From contig CAVQMO010000010.1 in assembly GCA_963713605.1 (NCBI GenBank), positions 1-64,000 on the forward strand: a DNA stretch of 64,000 nt, in the 5' to 3' direction. This document shows, piece by piece, positions 36,394 to 48,033 of the stretch; positions within the stretch are counted from its first letter, which is position 1, and each line of letters begins with the position of its first letter. The translations under genes were made by a program, and so were the position numbers. Origin of the DNA: an uncultured Nitrososphaerales archaeon (GTDB lineage: Archaea; Thermoproteota; Nitrososphaeria; Nitrososphaerales; Nitrososphaeraceae). The notes beneath the pieces were generated by a model. It was given only the letters and a program-made list of their open reading frames with translations, did not search any database and had not been told where the DNA came from.

Positions 36394-37359
36394 TACATTT
36401 ACATGTTAGCAACTAAGGAGTTAATACTTGCAAGATACGGTGAAACTATTTTTACCATCAGTGAGCTAAATGCATCCTTTTTTCCAAAAAATGATTTCAA
36501 GTTGTGCTCTTCACGTATTTATGACTGATTTCCCAAATCACAGGAATTGTATATCTTTCAGCAACAAGACGGCATGGATTTATCATTGAATAATCTAAAT
36601 TAATCGCGTCAATATCCTTAAGTGAAAGACTTTACCGATTAGACCTAGGTACTTTAAGTTATACTCTCTCTCAAACGATGGAGATGCTTTCGCGGCTAGG
36701 ATCTCGGCTTCCGTATAGATCTTGTTTACTCCGTAAGTATAATCCAGAAACAGACGACGATACAGACGTGTAGACTCTGCCTCTCCCTACTCTTTCAAAC
36801 GGCCCTAGGTGCATTGAGTTGAAAACATCCCTATCACAGGTTAGACTTTGCAATACATCTCTCACTAACCTTGGGTCCTGTGCCAGGTGATGGTGATAAC
36901 GAGACTCCGCGCCAAGGAATAGGCAACCAGGATCAGGGGCATCCAGCGGCTCACGGAGCGTTCAACAGTCAATTTGACGATGACAAAGCTGAGAACGTAG
37001 AAGAAAACTGCTTGACGACAAGAAGACAAGAAGAGGGTTGTCCTATGCGGGCACCCATCTATTTTCTTAATGTAAATAAGCTGTTTCCAGTCATAAGACT
37101 TTCAAGAAGGCAGCCGACAAGATATATTCTATGACCCCTTTACCATCAAAGGTATCGGTAGAGTAAATATCTGAAGAAAGGTTATTGCCAGAAAGCTGTC
37201 AGTTCCTCTACTCTAGCATCTCGTTACAATGAGCAAGCACGTTCTTATGCTCTGCGAGAATGAACAGACCTACTTGTGCCTGTTTGCAGTCGCTGTTTGT
37301 TGAGTTTCAATAACAGTGGACATCGGATGTTTTTATACATCATTTATTCAATATAATGC

Positions 37360-38184
37360 ATGTCTACCCCCGCTCCAATTCAAAAGGTGGTATCTACTGA
37401 AGGTGCCAAGATTTATTGCGAATATAGGGGCAGGGGTCCACTCCTGCTGTTGATTACCGGTGTCATGGAAGATGCTGGCTTCTACTCTGCTGCAGCTGAC
37501 ATACTTGCCGAGAAGTATACCGTTGTGTCCTATGATAGGCGATGTAACTCTCGCAGCTCCGGAGATCGAAGCACTGACATGACAGTCGCCCAACAAGCTC
37601 GCGATGCTGGCGTCTATCATCAAAGCACTGGGGGCAGACAGGGCTATTGTACTTGGGAGGAGCGGAGGTGCCATTATAGGCCTCGAACTTGCTGCAACCA
37701 AGCCGGAGATAATTGACTTTTTAATAGTCCATGAGGCTCCAGTGATCAGCTTTTAACTAAATCAGATGCAAAAAGGTGGCGCACATTTGTTGATGAGATT
37801 TATAGAAAGAGCCAGAGTGAAGGATGGCAGGCTGCGCAAACTGAATTCATGGCATCTCTGATAAATGTCCCTGATACTCCGTATCCTCCGGATCTCAATG
37901 AACGGATCTCTGGCAACGTAGATTTCTTCTTCAAACATGAATTCAGAGCTTTCTTTGCGTATACACCCAATATTGAGAGGATCAGAAACAACGGAGTAAA
38001 AATGGTAACAGCTATAGGAAATGATAGCGATAATGCGTATTATGTCCAGACAACCAGGGCCCTAGCGGATAAGCTTGGGTGCGATAACGTTGAGTTCCCA
38101 GGTCATCATGATGTATCATTTTGGATGCCCGAGGAATTCGCTAGCGTAGTTCGAAGTACGTTAGAACGGTTCTATATGTCCTAG
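37360..38184 (+). CDS. Alpha/beta hydrolase; frameshifted
   Basis: GPLLLLITG, YDRRCNSRS, GRSGG nucleophile elbow in the shifted frame, FPGHH. Confidence 0.75.
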
Positions 38185-38332
38185 TGCCAGAACCGCAAGG
38201 ACATCCAAAAAGCTGGTTACTCTGATGCAATATAGTCAGAGATTCTTTGGTTTTCAGTGACTGCTGGTAGGGCGATTCAGTGGCCATGTGCTACCGATAT
38301 ACTTTTCTAGAATGTGGTATAAATAGAGACAA

Positions 38333-38629
38333 ATGAGTAGCCAGGTTATTGGTTATATTATCATAATAATACTTCTTGCTACAATCATATTCCAACAGCA
38401 GTTGACAGTAGCTAGTCCTAAAGACGGTAAAGATAATCAGACTATCAAATCTCAATCAGTAATTCCTGAATCTCCCGCCAATAGCAACACAAGTGAACCT
38501 AGTTCAGAAGCAACACCAATACCCGAAGAACAACCGGATGACGATGTCGTCAATTGCGCAGCTCTAGGATGTCCTGGTAATCCTCCTAATCCTCATGGGC
38601 CACCCACTGAAGAACAGAAGAATGAGTGA
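38333..38629 (+). CDS. Small secreted or membrane-anchored Pro/Glu-rich protein
   Basis: Hydrophobic N-terminus; CAALGCPGNPP. Confidence 0.5.
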   Translation: MSSQVIGYIIIIILLATIIFQQQLTVASPKDGKDNQTIKSQSVIPESPANSNTSEPSSEATPIPEEQPDDDVVNCAALGCPGNPPNPHGPPTEEQKNE

Positions 38630-39163
38630 AGGGAGGATAACAATGATCAGCATGAGGATCCTGAATCTATAGCTAGCCAATCTAATTCCGTCTCCTAACG
38701 ATAATCACTCCACACCCTAAATGTTTCCTTGTAGTACCGAGTTTAGATCCTTCGACGTCCGTGGATCACTGTTCTTTAGCACAACGTCAACCGGTGGAGG
38801 AAAGCTATCATAATCTAGTTGGTGTTTTTGAATACGAAGTTGATGAACAAGGGAACTGCTCGTCTAAAGTATGGGAATGGAAGTAATAGAAATACTTCAG
38901 TCCTACATCTTTATTTCAACTTGACTTCCTAGAAGCAGCATGAAAACCTTTGGTAGAAATGGACTCCGTGTTATGATAGCGTAAGGATCTTGATTATTTT
39001 AAGTGGGACATTTCCCTTCGGTCTTTTAAGTTGGCTACGTATTGCAAGGATATTCCATACTGTCATAAAGGCGCAATATTGAGTCGGTTATGGTGGGACG
39101 GTCGCTAGAACAAGCATGACTTATATTGTATATATTAAAATTTTATTTGACACATTTAATCAC

Positions 39164-39680
39164 TTACTTTATCTTTGATCTCTTGATCTTTTCCTGCAGT
39201 AACATAGTCCCCTGTATCAATGTTTCAGGACGTGGAGGGCAGCCAGGGACATATACATCGACTGGAATGATTCCATCTACACCTGGTAGTACATTATAAG
39301 AATCTATGTATAAGCCACCCGTGATAGCACACGCACCCATTGCTATAACATATTTAGGCTCAGGCATTTGATCATACACCATCCGTAATCTAGGTGCCAT
39401 CTTTCTTGTCACAGTTCCCTGTACTACTATCAAGTCACATTGTCTAAGTGAGCCAAAAGCTTCAATAATGCCAAATCTTTCAACGTCATATCTTGGACCT
39501 GAAGCGAGCTCCAAATTCAACACTGCAACAGGCCGTCTCCAAATGGACTGGCCAGAGGGACCACACTCTACCCCAATTTATAGCGTACCCCAATGGTTTG
39601 TCGATAGCCTTCACTAGCACGTCTCCAAGTCGGCTTACCATGAGATTAAAGTTAGAAGGGTTGAGCAGTTCCGTTTTCAT
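39164..39680 (-). CDS. nuoB: NADH-quinone oxidoreductase subunit B; one frameshift
   Basis: [37 protein letters not shown]. Confidence 0.9.
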
Positions 39681-40270
39681 ATGGGCTATAATATCACTTT
39701 CTTCCAGTACAATTACTCAGGAATCATATTTAATAATTGAGGTCTCATATCATACTTTCAGTGTTAGCTATCTCTCTTCCCTGAAAAAAATAGACCTGTA
39801 TTTGAACTAAGTATGCGGGGAGTATATCAATTTCATATAGGATATGTCTATCCTTGTTGTAAATGTCCTCTTCTAACTAACAGTTGCTTCCTCCCGCCTA
39901 CCTTTTGTTAAATTACACGTTTAAGACACGGCAAAGTGAGCGTGGCTTCTGTCGTTTTTTTTTGAAAATTTGTTTTGAAAAATAATAGTTTCAGTTTTCG
40001 CACACTCTTTTCCTAGTGTGTGGATGGGATTTATGAATAGTCCTTATGATATTGAGAAAAGATAAACAAGTAAGATTGTGAAACGGAAAGGGGGATCTCA
40101 GAGTCTGGACTAGATAGGGCCCTCAATTTTTCCTGAATCAATTCTATCAAATGTTGATATAGTGAAGAAGATTTCTGAATTGGAAAGCAGAGTTTCAGCA
40201 TTGGAGAACGCTACCAAATAGAATAGGCTAATCAGTAGATAGGATCCTCCACTAACTTTTTTTTACATGA

Positions 40271-40725
40271 ATGGTAATCCATTCAGCTATTGGAATAACT
40301 ATGATACTAGCATCAAGTGTATTTTGTATATCCCTACTTCAATACTCGTATTCGCAAATTAGGACAAATAATAATGAAGAACTGTGGACTGACTCAGATC
40401 ATGACTTGAAGATTAGCTTTGTGTATGAACCAAAAGCCCCTTTAGTCGATAAACCTACTGAGCTAAAATTCAAAGTCACAAAGAATTAGGTACAGGAGAC
40501 TATCTAAGAAATCTTGAAGCGAATGTCTTAGTAACGGACAATATTAGTGGACAGTTTAGAGATTTCAGATTCACCAACGTCAGTGCTCCGGACGGACAAT
40601 TCTCTGTAGAATATTTATTCCCAGATACTGGGCTATTTGAAATCATTGTAGGAATAAGCTCCACCCGATGCTCCTGATGCTCAAGCATTGGCAAGCTTTT
40701 GATGTTATTATTTCAAAGAAATAGT
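40271..40725 (+). CDS. Secreted beta-sandwich protein; frameshifted
   Basis: Signal peptide; FVYEPKAPLVDKPTELKF continuing as FSVEYLFPDTG. Confidence 0.45.
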
Positions 40726-41003
40726 CATACTGTTTTATGATAGGCGTGATATGGCTATTATGCAATATTTTTAGAACATTCGTTGAATGAACTATAATCT
40801 ATCACAATAACTTGGCATATCATCTAAAACCAAATAGTCAAACGTGACTCCTCAATCATTAGAAAGTCCATGACATTCAATGGCGAGTCAGCCCTATATT
40901 GAACGTTGGAGAAAGATGAGTTTATCCATGTCATGTTCACGTTATTTTTAGCATCTAGAGAAATATCAAAGAAATTCTTAGATCCAGCAACGAGATCAAT
41001 ATT

Positions 41004-41386
41004 TCATGGTAAAAATCGTGGAAGATTTAGCGATTTATCTACGATACCTGCCCATCTTAGGATTTCAGTAGGAGTCGGTTCCAATTTTCGCTGTCTGTAG
41101 TAATCTCTGAACGAGTCCCATAGGTGAGAAGCTTTATAGAGATGGTCTTTTGTATAAAGCCCCTGCAAATTGGCAAGACGATTAGGATCTGCCAATGGAA
41201 ACTTCTTCCTCCACTCTAGAGGTATTCTATGATGTACCTCGATAATTTTTCCTTTCAATCTAGGATAGGCTTTGAAAAAGATTCCCCGTGCCTCCCGTCT
41301 CAAAGCATCGCCGGACCACGCATATTTTGGAGTTAAACTCTCGTTTCAGCTAAAAAATACTCAGACAGAAATCGCCCCGTACTCAT
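41004..41386 (-). CDS. Small basic HNH-like nuclease-fold protein
   Basis: IEVHHRIPL...NRLANLQGL...H; probable ATG at 41386 with an indel before the track ORF. Confidence 0.6.
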
Positions 41387-42341
41387 GATTTGTGTTTGTA
41401 AAATCTAGTATTTCAATTAATTGGTTCTATGCCAGGTAGTTATCCAAAATTTTGAGGTACCGAAAAAATCCTTTATATATGCCTCTAGAAATAACTCAAA
41501 ATAGTTCTGTTCTTTCTTACAGTAATTACTAATTAAATATCATATCCGAAATTACTTAAAAATTTGATGGGACAAATTGAAAAGTGATTTTCTCTGGTTA
41601 ACCTGCTAAACTGATGTGTTATTGAAGTCAGGCTGATTGATGACGTATATTCCGAGGTACTTTTTAATATATTGAAGTACTCATAGTAAATGGCTGATCG
41701 ATTGATCGCTCTTATTAAACTTTTTATGATACTATTCATTACAAATATACCCTTTTTAGATGCTTAGCCATAGATAAGTTGTTTTTAAACATACTACACT
41801 ACCCTTTTCTTAAGATCCTTTGGAAAGGAAGGTCTTTCGTTTATATAAATATAGAAGGAAATCTAGAAATTCACTATTACCACTATCGGAGTGGTCTGTC
41901 TTGAAAAATTTTACTGCAATCACAAATCTGAAGAAAATATCACTCTTAACAGTTATTGTTTTGTAACCTTTGCGGGGCAATCATTTATTCATCCCTCTGC
42001 GTAGTAATAGACGTTTTTGGTTACATTATGAAATATCCTGATGAAACCGAAATAACTTTGTGAATGCTAAGAAATCAGAATAAGATGTTATATGCTCTGG
42101 TATGAAATTTGCTAATCAACCCTAAAAGGGGAGAAATAAGGTAATAGATCTCCACATATAGATTTATATGCCATTATTTTACCAATCCGACTCAAAAGCT
42201 TTATCTTTTGTCCCGTACATCAAAAATGGCATGTGGTCACGATTGAAGAAACAAATGAGGTGTCATGGATAAATATCTGAGATAATTTCATGCACGGCCT
42301 CATTATCTGGAATCATTGATGACTTAGAGGTAAGCAGGATC

Positions 42342-43161
42342 ATGCACCCTAAGGAACAACTTCGTACAGATATGCATCAAATACCAGAACTTGCATCTTC
42401 AATAAGACAAAAGGGCCTATTACAACCCATCATAGTACCAATAAAAGACGACCACTTCGAAATTGTGGCAGGTAATCGAAGATATGAGGCTTGTAAAAGC
42501 CTAGGTTGGAGAAAGATCACGTGTCATATTGAAGAGCTTGATGATAGAGAAGCGTTCGAAATAGCCTTGATGGAAAATATTCAAAGAAGTACATTGAATC
42601 CTGTGGATGAGGCAAAGGCTTTTCAGTCTTACGTTTCCAACTTCGGCTGGGGCGGAGTAACAGACTTAGCTTCAAAAATAGGAAAAAGCGTCAGTTATGT
42701 GACCAAGCGAATAGCATTATTGACGCTTCCTCCGGATGTCATTAGTTCAATTCGCGAATATGCAATGTCAAGCGAGCATGGGGGAAGAATTATGTTCTGT
42801 AAAAGACAATAACACACGATCAGAACTTGCATTTTTGATATCTAGGAGACATCTATCAGTAAGAAAAGTCAGACAAATAGTAGAAGATTTAGAAAAGGAT
42901 GTTAAACATAGTTCTAATTTCACCCTTTCAAAAAGTGATGACAAGCACAATAGCCAAACCCAAAGATCCCTTGATAAATCCATAATAGTACTACGAATTG
43001 CGTTAAATAGAATTGCAATGATTATAGAAGATGTTAAGGATGATTATTGGGTAACGGGTGAAATTTTATTGCAACACAAGAATGTGCTGCATGGTCAGAT
43101 AGATATTCTTATGAAAGAAAGGAGAAAGACGAATGAAAGACTAGAGAGAATACTAAGGTAA
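42342..43161 (+). CDS. parB: ParB/Spo0J-family protein; one frameshift
   Basis: GLLQPIIV, EIVAGNRRYEA, ENIQRSTLNP and HTH LASKIGKSVSYVTKR. Confidence 0.85.
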
Positions 43162-43171
43162 AGCCAAAAAC

Positions 43172-43187
43172 TTTTCGACGTCGAAAA
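43172..43187. promoter_or_regulatory. Perfect 16-bp palindrome, candidate parS-like site
   Basis: TTTTCGACGTCGAAAA, 10 bp after the parB stop. Confidence 0.5.
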
Positions 43188-43479
43188 ATTTTGACCTACT
43201 TTATGAAGCTAAAGTCACTGACAAAATACTTTTCTTGGTCAAACCCGCGATTGGTACTTCATTGGTAAGTATTATGATAAAGAAAATTCTAAGTAGGAAT
43301 CTATCACATTTAAATAGCAATTTTGTGGACGTTGTAACTATAATTAAGAAGGTCTGTGATATATCCTCACTTTTCCATTGTTTAAGGGTATATCCATGTT
43401 ACTTAATAAAGAACAGAAGTAAGTAATTTGTTATTAATAGTACGAGAACAGTTAAGTAACTATGTAAAGAAGTTATCCA

Positions 43480-46400
43480 ATGGCAATTAATGATGCCAAT
43501 CGATTTCAGAGTCCCATGGCATTCGGGGGAAACCCTGAAATGGAAAACATGACCAGCTTACAGACAGCAGGCGAATATCAGAATCCAACAGAATATTTTG
43601 CTCCTAGTATGGAAGCAGAACAAGAATTGGAACAGGAAGCAGAACAAGAATTGGAACAGGAAGCAGAACATGAGGGTGAGGGGGAAGTTAGCGAATCTGA
43701 GCTCGAGAGAGAACTTTTCCTTAATGAGCTGCGGGACAGCGATTTTGAAAGCATGACGTCTGAAATGCTTCTTGAAGTGGAGGCAAATTTTGAAGGATAT
43801 GCTAATCAACATGGTGTAATTGGAGAACGTGAATCTATGATGAATCATCCAAATTTTGAAAATGTTGTTAACGAGTACTTTCAGACATCGATAGGTCCTA
43901 TGGTGCCAAAGATTCAAGCAGAGCTTGATTCCTTTTCAAATTATATTCAGAATAACGTTCCTATAGGCGCAGAGTACCATGTTCTAAAGCAAGTCACAGA
44001 TTCGTACCAGCCTATACATTCGGAGGACTTCATAAAAAGACTTGCAAAAAGAGTCGTTAAAGGTGTCAAAGGTTTTGCAAAGAGAGGATTAAAAGTAATC
44101 AGAAAGGTGGCAAAAGGGGTTGCTAAATTTGGAAAATTCCTAATTACAGGTCCGCTACGAATTGCCATTAGACGCTTTATCGGCTGGATACGTGCAAATA
44201 TTGGACGAATTTTACGCTCCCTAGTGAGAAAGGCTATTATGAGGTTACCGCCGCTTGCCAGGCCTATTGTAAGAAAGGCTCTTAAACGGTTAGGACTGGC
44301 AGAATCAGAACATGAAGACTTTGTCACCGAGTCTGACGTGAGGTCTACTGAAATGATCGCGGAATTGGAAACAGAATCAGAAGAAGAGCTTGAGGGGATG
44401 CAAGCTGAAAACTTAATTCCTGAATTTCAAACAGAGAGTATGATTTCTGAGGCCGAACTTGACTATGAAGATGAGACTTTACACGAAAGTGAGACACAAG
44501 TTGCAGAATTATTGCAAGAATTTGATACAGAGCTATTCAATTTTGGCGAGGTTGAATTAAGTCATGTAGCTGAAGCAGAAGCATCGCAGCCATACTCTCC
44601 AGAAGCATCGCAGCCATACTCTCCAGAAGCATCGCAGCCATACTCTCCAGAAGCATACTCTCCAGAAGCATCGCAGCCATACTCTCCAGAAGCATACTCT
44701 CCAGAAGCATCGGCAGCCAGAAGCATACTCTCCAGAAGCATCGCAGCCAGAAGCATACTCTCCAGAAGCATCGCAGCCAGAAGCATACTCTCCAGAAGCA
44801 TGGCAGAAGCATACTCTCCAGAAGCATCACCAGAAGCATACTCTCCAGAAGCATCGAGCCAGAAGCATACTCTCCAGAAGCATCTCAGCCAGAAGCATAC
44901 TCTCCAGAAGCATCGCAGACCATACTCTCCAGAAGCATACTCTCCAGAAGCATACTCTCCAGAAGCATCGCAGCCATACTCTCCAGAAGCATCGCAGCCA
45001 GAAGCATACTCTCCAGAAGCATCGCAGCCAGAAGCATACTCTCCAGAAGCATCGCCAGCCATACTCTCCAGAAGCATACTCTCCAGAAGCATACTCTCCA
45101 GAAGCATCGCAGCCATACTCTCCAGAAGCATCGCAGCCAGAAGCATACTCTCCAGAAGCATCGCAGCCATACTCTCCAGAAGCATCGCAGCCAGAAGCAT
45201 ACTCTCCAGAAGCATCGCAGCCAGAAGCATACTCTCCAGAAGCATCGCAGCCATACTCTCCTGAATACGAAACTGAGCGGATGGCAGGACCAGACACTAG
45301 AATGGTCAGTCAAGCTTATGAAAAATTCGTGAACGCAGTAGCTGTTAATCCATCTAGTTTTCATCAAGAATTGGAGCAATTTGCTCCATTAGCTCTGCAA
45401 GGCGTAAGGATCGCCTTCAAAGCAATTCCACCGCTGAGAAATTCTGTAGTAACGTCTTATTGCCAAATTATTAGAAAAATTACTAGGAAGATGGATTCCA
45501 AAACAGTACGGAAGCGTAGTTTACCGACCATTGGCAAGTTTACTGTTAAAACTAATGGGGCTAGAAGCATCTGCTAATCCAGCATTACAAAATAGAGTCT
45601 TTGCGGAAGCAATTGCTAATACAGCTACAGAAGCATTGGTGAGCGCAGCTACATTGCCTCAATCAATACTAGAAAGCAATCAACAACTTTTGGAAAGCGA
45701 ACTTGAATCATTAGTACAACAAGCCGGTACTTAATAATATCCCTGGAGAAGCACTGGGAGAATCATTTACCCCATTGCGTAGAATAAGAGGACCAATCCA
45801 TTTTATTTCTAAAGGAAAATATCAATATTTGAATAGACCGATAAGGGTAAGGCTTAACCCAGCACAGATTAATACAATAAGAATTAGGGGAGCTGCATCC
45901 TTTAGCGATTTCTTAAGGAGACAATACAGATGGAATGGTAGGACAGCTCTTACAATTGAAATCCTACTCTTTAGGACTAGCCCAGTACGTGGAAAAATGT
46001 CAGATATATTAAGAGCTTATTTTGGCCGTGGACAGCGTATTCGACTCACTCCATTTCACTTTAGACAACTTCATCCTATGACTGGGAGTGCTTCAAGAAT
46101 ATTCAAATTGCATACCATTTGGTCACGGCCCATTCCCACGTACTACTTGGTGAACAAAATATTACCGGCTACAGGAGGTATAGTTGCATTCCCATCAACA
46201 GCATCAACTAGGGAAACTCCTCAGCGAAGTAACAATGCTAGTATAAAGATAGATACTTTGGGAAGATTAAGAGCATCAGTGGACCCTAAACAATCAAACA
46301 ATAAAAACACTAAGAGCCCTAGGACCAAACATAAGGAAAGGGCTAAAACCACTCCTGAATCGTATCGTCTCATCAGCACGAAGATGGATAACTAACTTGC

Positions 46401-46684
46401 TGACAAGATTAAGGATTCCGATGCGGATTGCCAAGGCTTTGGCCGGGCTATTAGTTAGAATGGCCTTAGGATATTTTAGGCGTGCTGAAACAAACATCAT
46501 ACGCAAAATAAATACACTACTTAACAGAAGAGGCGGTGTAACTATTTCCCTTATTGTCAAGTTGCCAACGAATATCGTGAGAACTCTAATTAGAGCTCGA
46601 CCGGGAAGATTGATATTCTTAATTCGATCTCTGGTCAGAAGAGTGTCATTTTCAGTAGCCGTAACCGCTGGTTATAATATGTGA
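43480..46684 (+). CDS. Large (~1050 aa if frame-corrected) protein with alternating Glu-rich and cationic amphipathic blocks and YSPEA/SQPEA repeats
   Basis: The repeat frame runs ...QPYSPEYETERMAGP into ORF 45281; ORFs 45531, 45775 and 46397 follow through single indels. Confidence 0.65.
44575..45262 (+). repeat. Coding tandem array of 15/24-bp units (GAAGCATACTCTCCA, GAAGCATCGCAGCCA)
   Basis: About 690 bp of near-identical units encoding EAYSP, EASQP and YSP. Confidence 0.95.
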
Positions 46685-46691
46685 ACTCATA

Positions 46692-48027
46692 ATGTCTAGA
46701 CTCCTCACTTACCCCTTAAGTCAATTTGACAGAACTAATACAATTGATAGTTCAAATGCTATTTTTATAATAAGGAACGCTATTGCTGGCTTGAGTTTCG
46801 CGGTAGAGAATCTGGTAAATCCAATATCCAGAATATCAGAAGAAGCAAGACGTCAACTCACTTTTCAGCAAAGCGTAGCTATCGAAAATTCTTTCTCTAT
46901 AAGAACATTCTACTTGAAGAGAGAATTGGCAAAAGTCAAAGAACTGATCGCTCGACCACATGATATTCTAGCGAATAAGGATAGAGTTAGATATCACCTT
47001 GAACGACTCCGGAACGAATACTTGAAAAGCGAAATGGTGTTTGGCTATTATATCGATCTTCTAAATACTCGTGGGATGGCGGGAATGGGCGGCTCCCTTC
47101 GCGGATACGATTATCTTTCCATGCTAACTCTAAAGATATTTCTGGGCCCGCTAAGACACAGAATACCAACTGTTGTGGTTTATCTTGAGCAAATAGGTGA
47201 TGGAGCTGCCAATTATGCGCGCAGACATTTCTCTTTGGGACAGACTAAGAAACCCATGTGCCATCATAAAGGTCCCACAAAATAGTATCAATACTCCAAG
47301 ATCGTCAATATTTCATGAAGCTGGACATCAAATAGGAAGTATAACTGGATTAAACAAGGAGGGCGCGAATCTACTCTATAATACTGTCAGAGCTGCTGGA
47401 GGCTCATCTTCACTTGCTGAATACTACAGGCTCTGTGCAACGGAGATAGTTGCAGACCAGGTTGCAACACAACTGACAAATTGGATAGGCGCAATTACGC
47501 TATATAATATTTATTCAGGTTCTTCCGGAAGCTCTCTGGGAAGAGCGGCTCGCATGTTTATGGTGATTCCGGGCGATCCTCATCTCATGGGGTATTTGAG
47601 AATCAGAAGCAGTATCGAATCATGTCGCCTTGCACTTGGCCGAGGACCTTGGGATCAGATGGAACGTGTATTGGAAATTCTTTATCCAATATCGTTAGCG
47701 CCTCCAGAATCAGCACGGCTCATAAGGGAATCATTACCAATACTTCCAATAATTTGCAGAGCGCTTGCAAGAACAAAATTGACATCCTTCAGAGGGAAGT
47801 GTTTTGAAGACATGTTTCCTATGAGACTATGTTCATTGAATGCTGTCAAAAGGGTTTTAAACATCGACTTGTCAAACTTCTCTGTGTCTATGAGTGGGAT
47901 GATTAAAAATCCAATTTTGACGACAGTCGCATTTGGCACTTTGCAAATGCTTGGTGGAAAATCGCTTTACTGGATAACAGAACAGATGCGTCTATGGCTG
48001 GAGCAACTAGGAAGGAGGGTGCAATAA
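46692..48027 (+). CDS. Putative HExxH zinc metallopeptidase (gluzincin-like); one frameshift near 47210
   Basis: IFHEAGHQIG with downstream EIVAD (ExxAD); GDGAAIMRA across the indel. Confidence 0.7.
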
Positions 48028-48033
48028 TCTAGA

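Noticed and set aside
44575..45262. Possible CRISPR array
   Set aside because: No unique spacers, unit lengths are multiples of 3 inside a coding frame, and there are no cas genes.
44537..45379. Minus-strand ORFs (MLLES, GEYAS and RVCFW repeats)
   Set aside because: Stop-free shadow frames of the tandem array.
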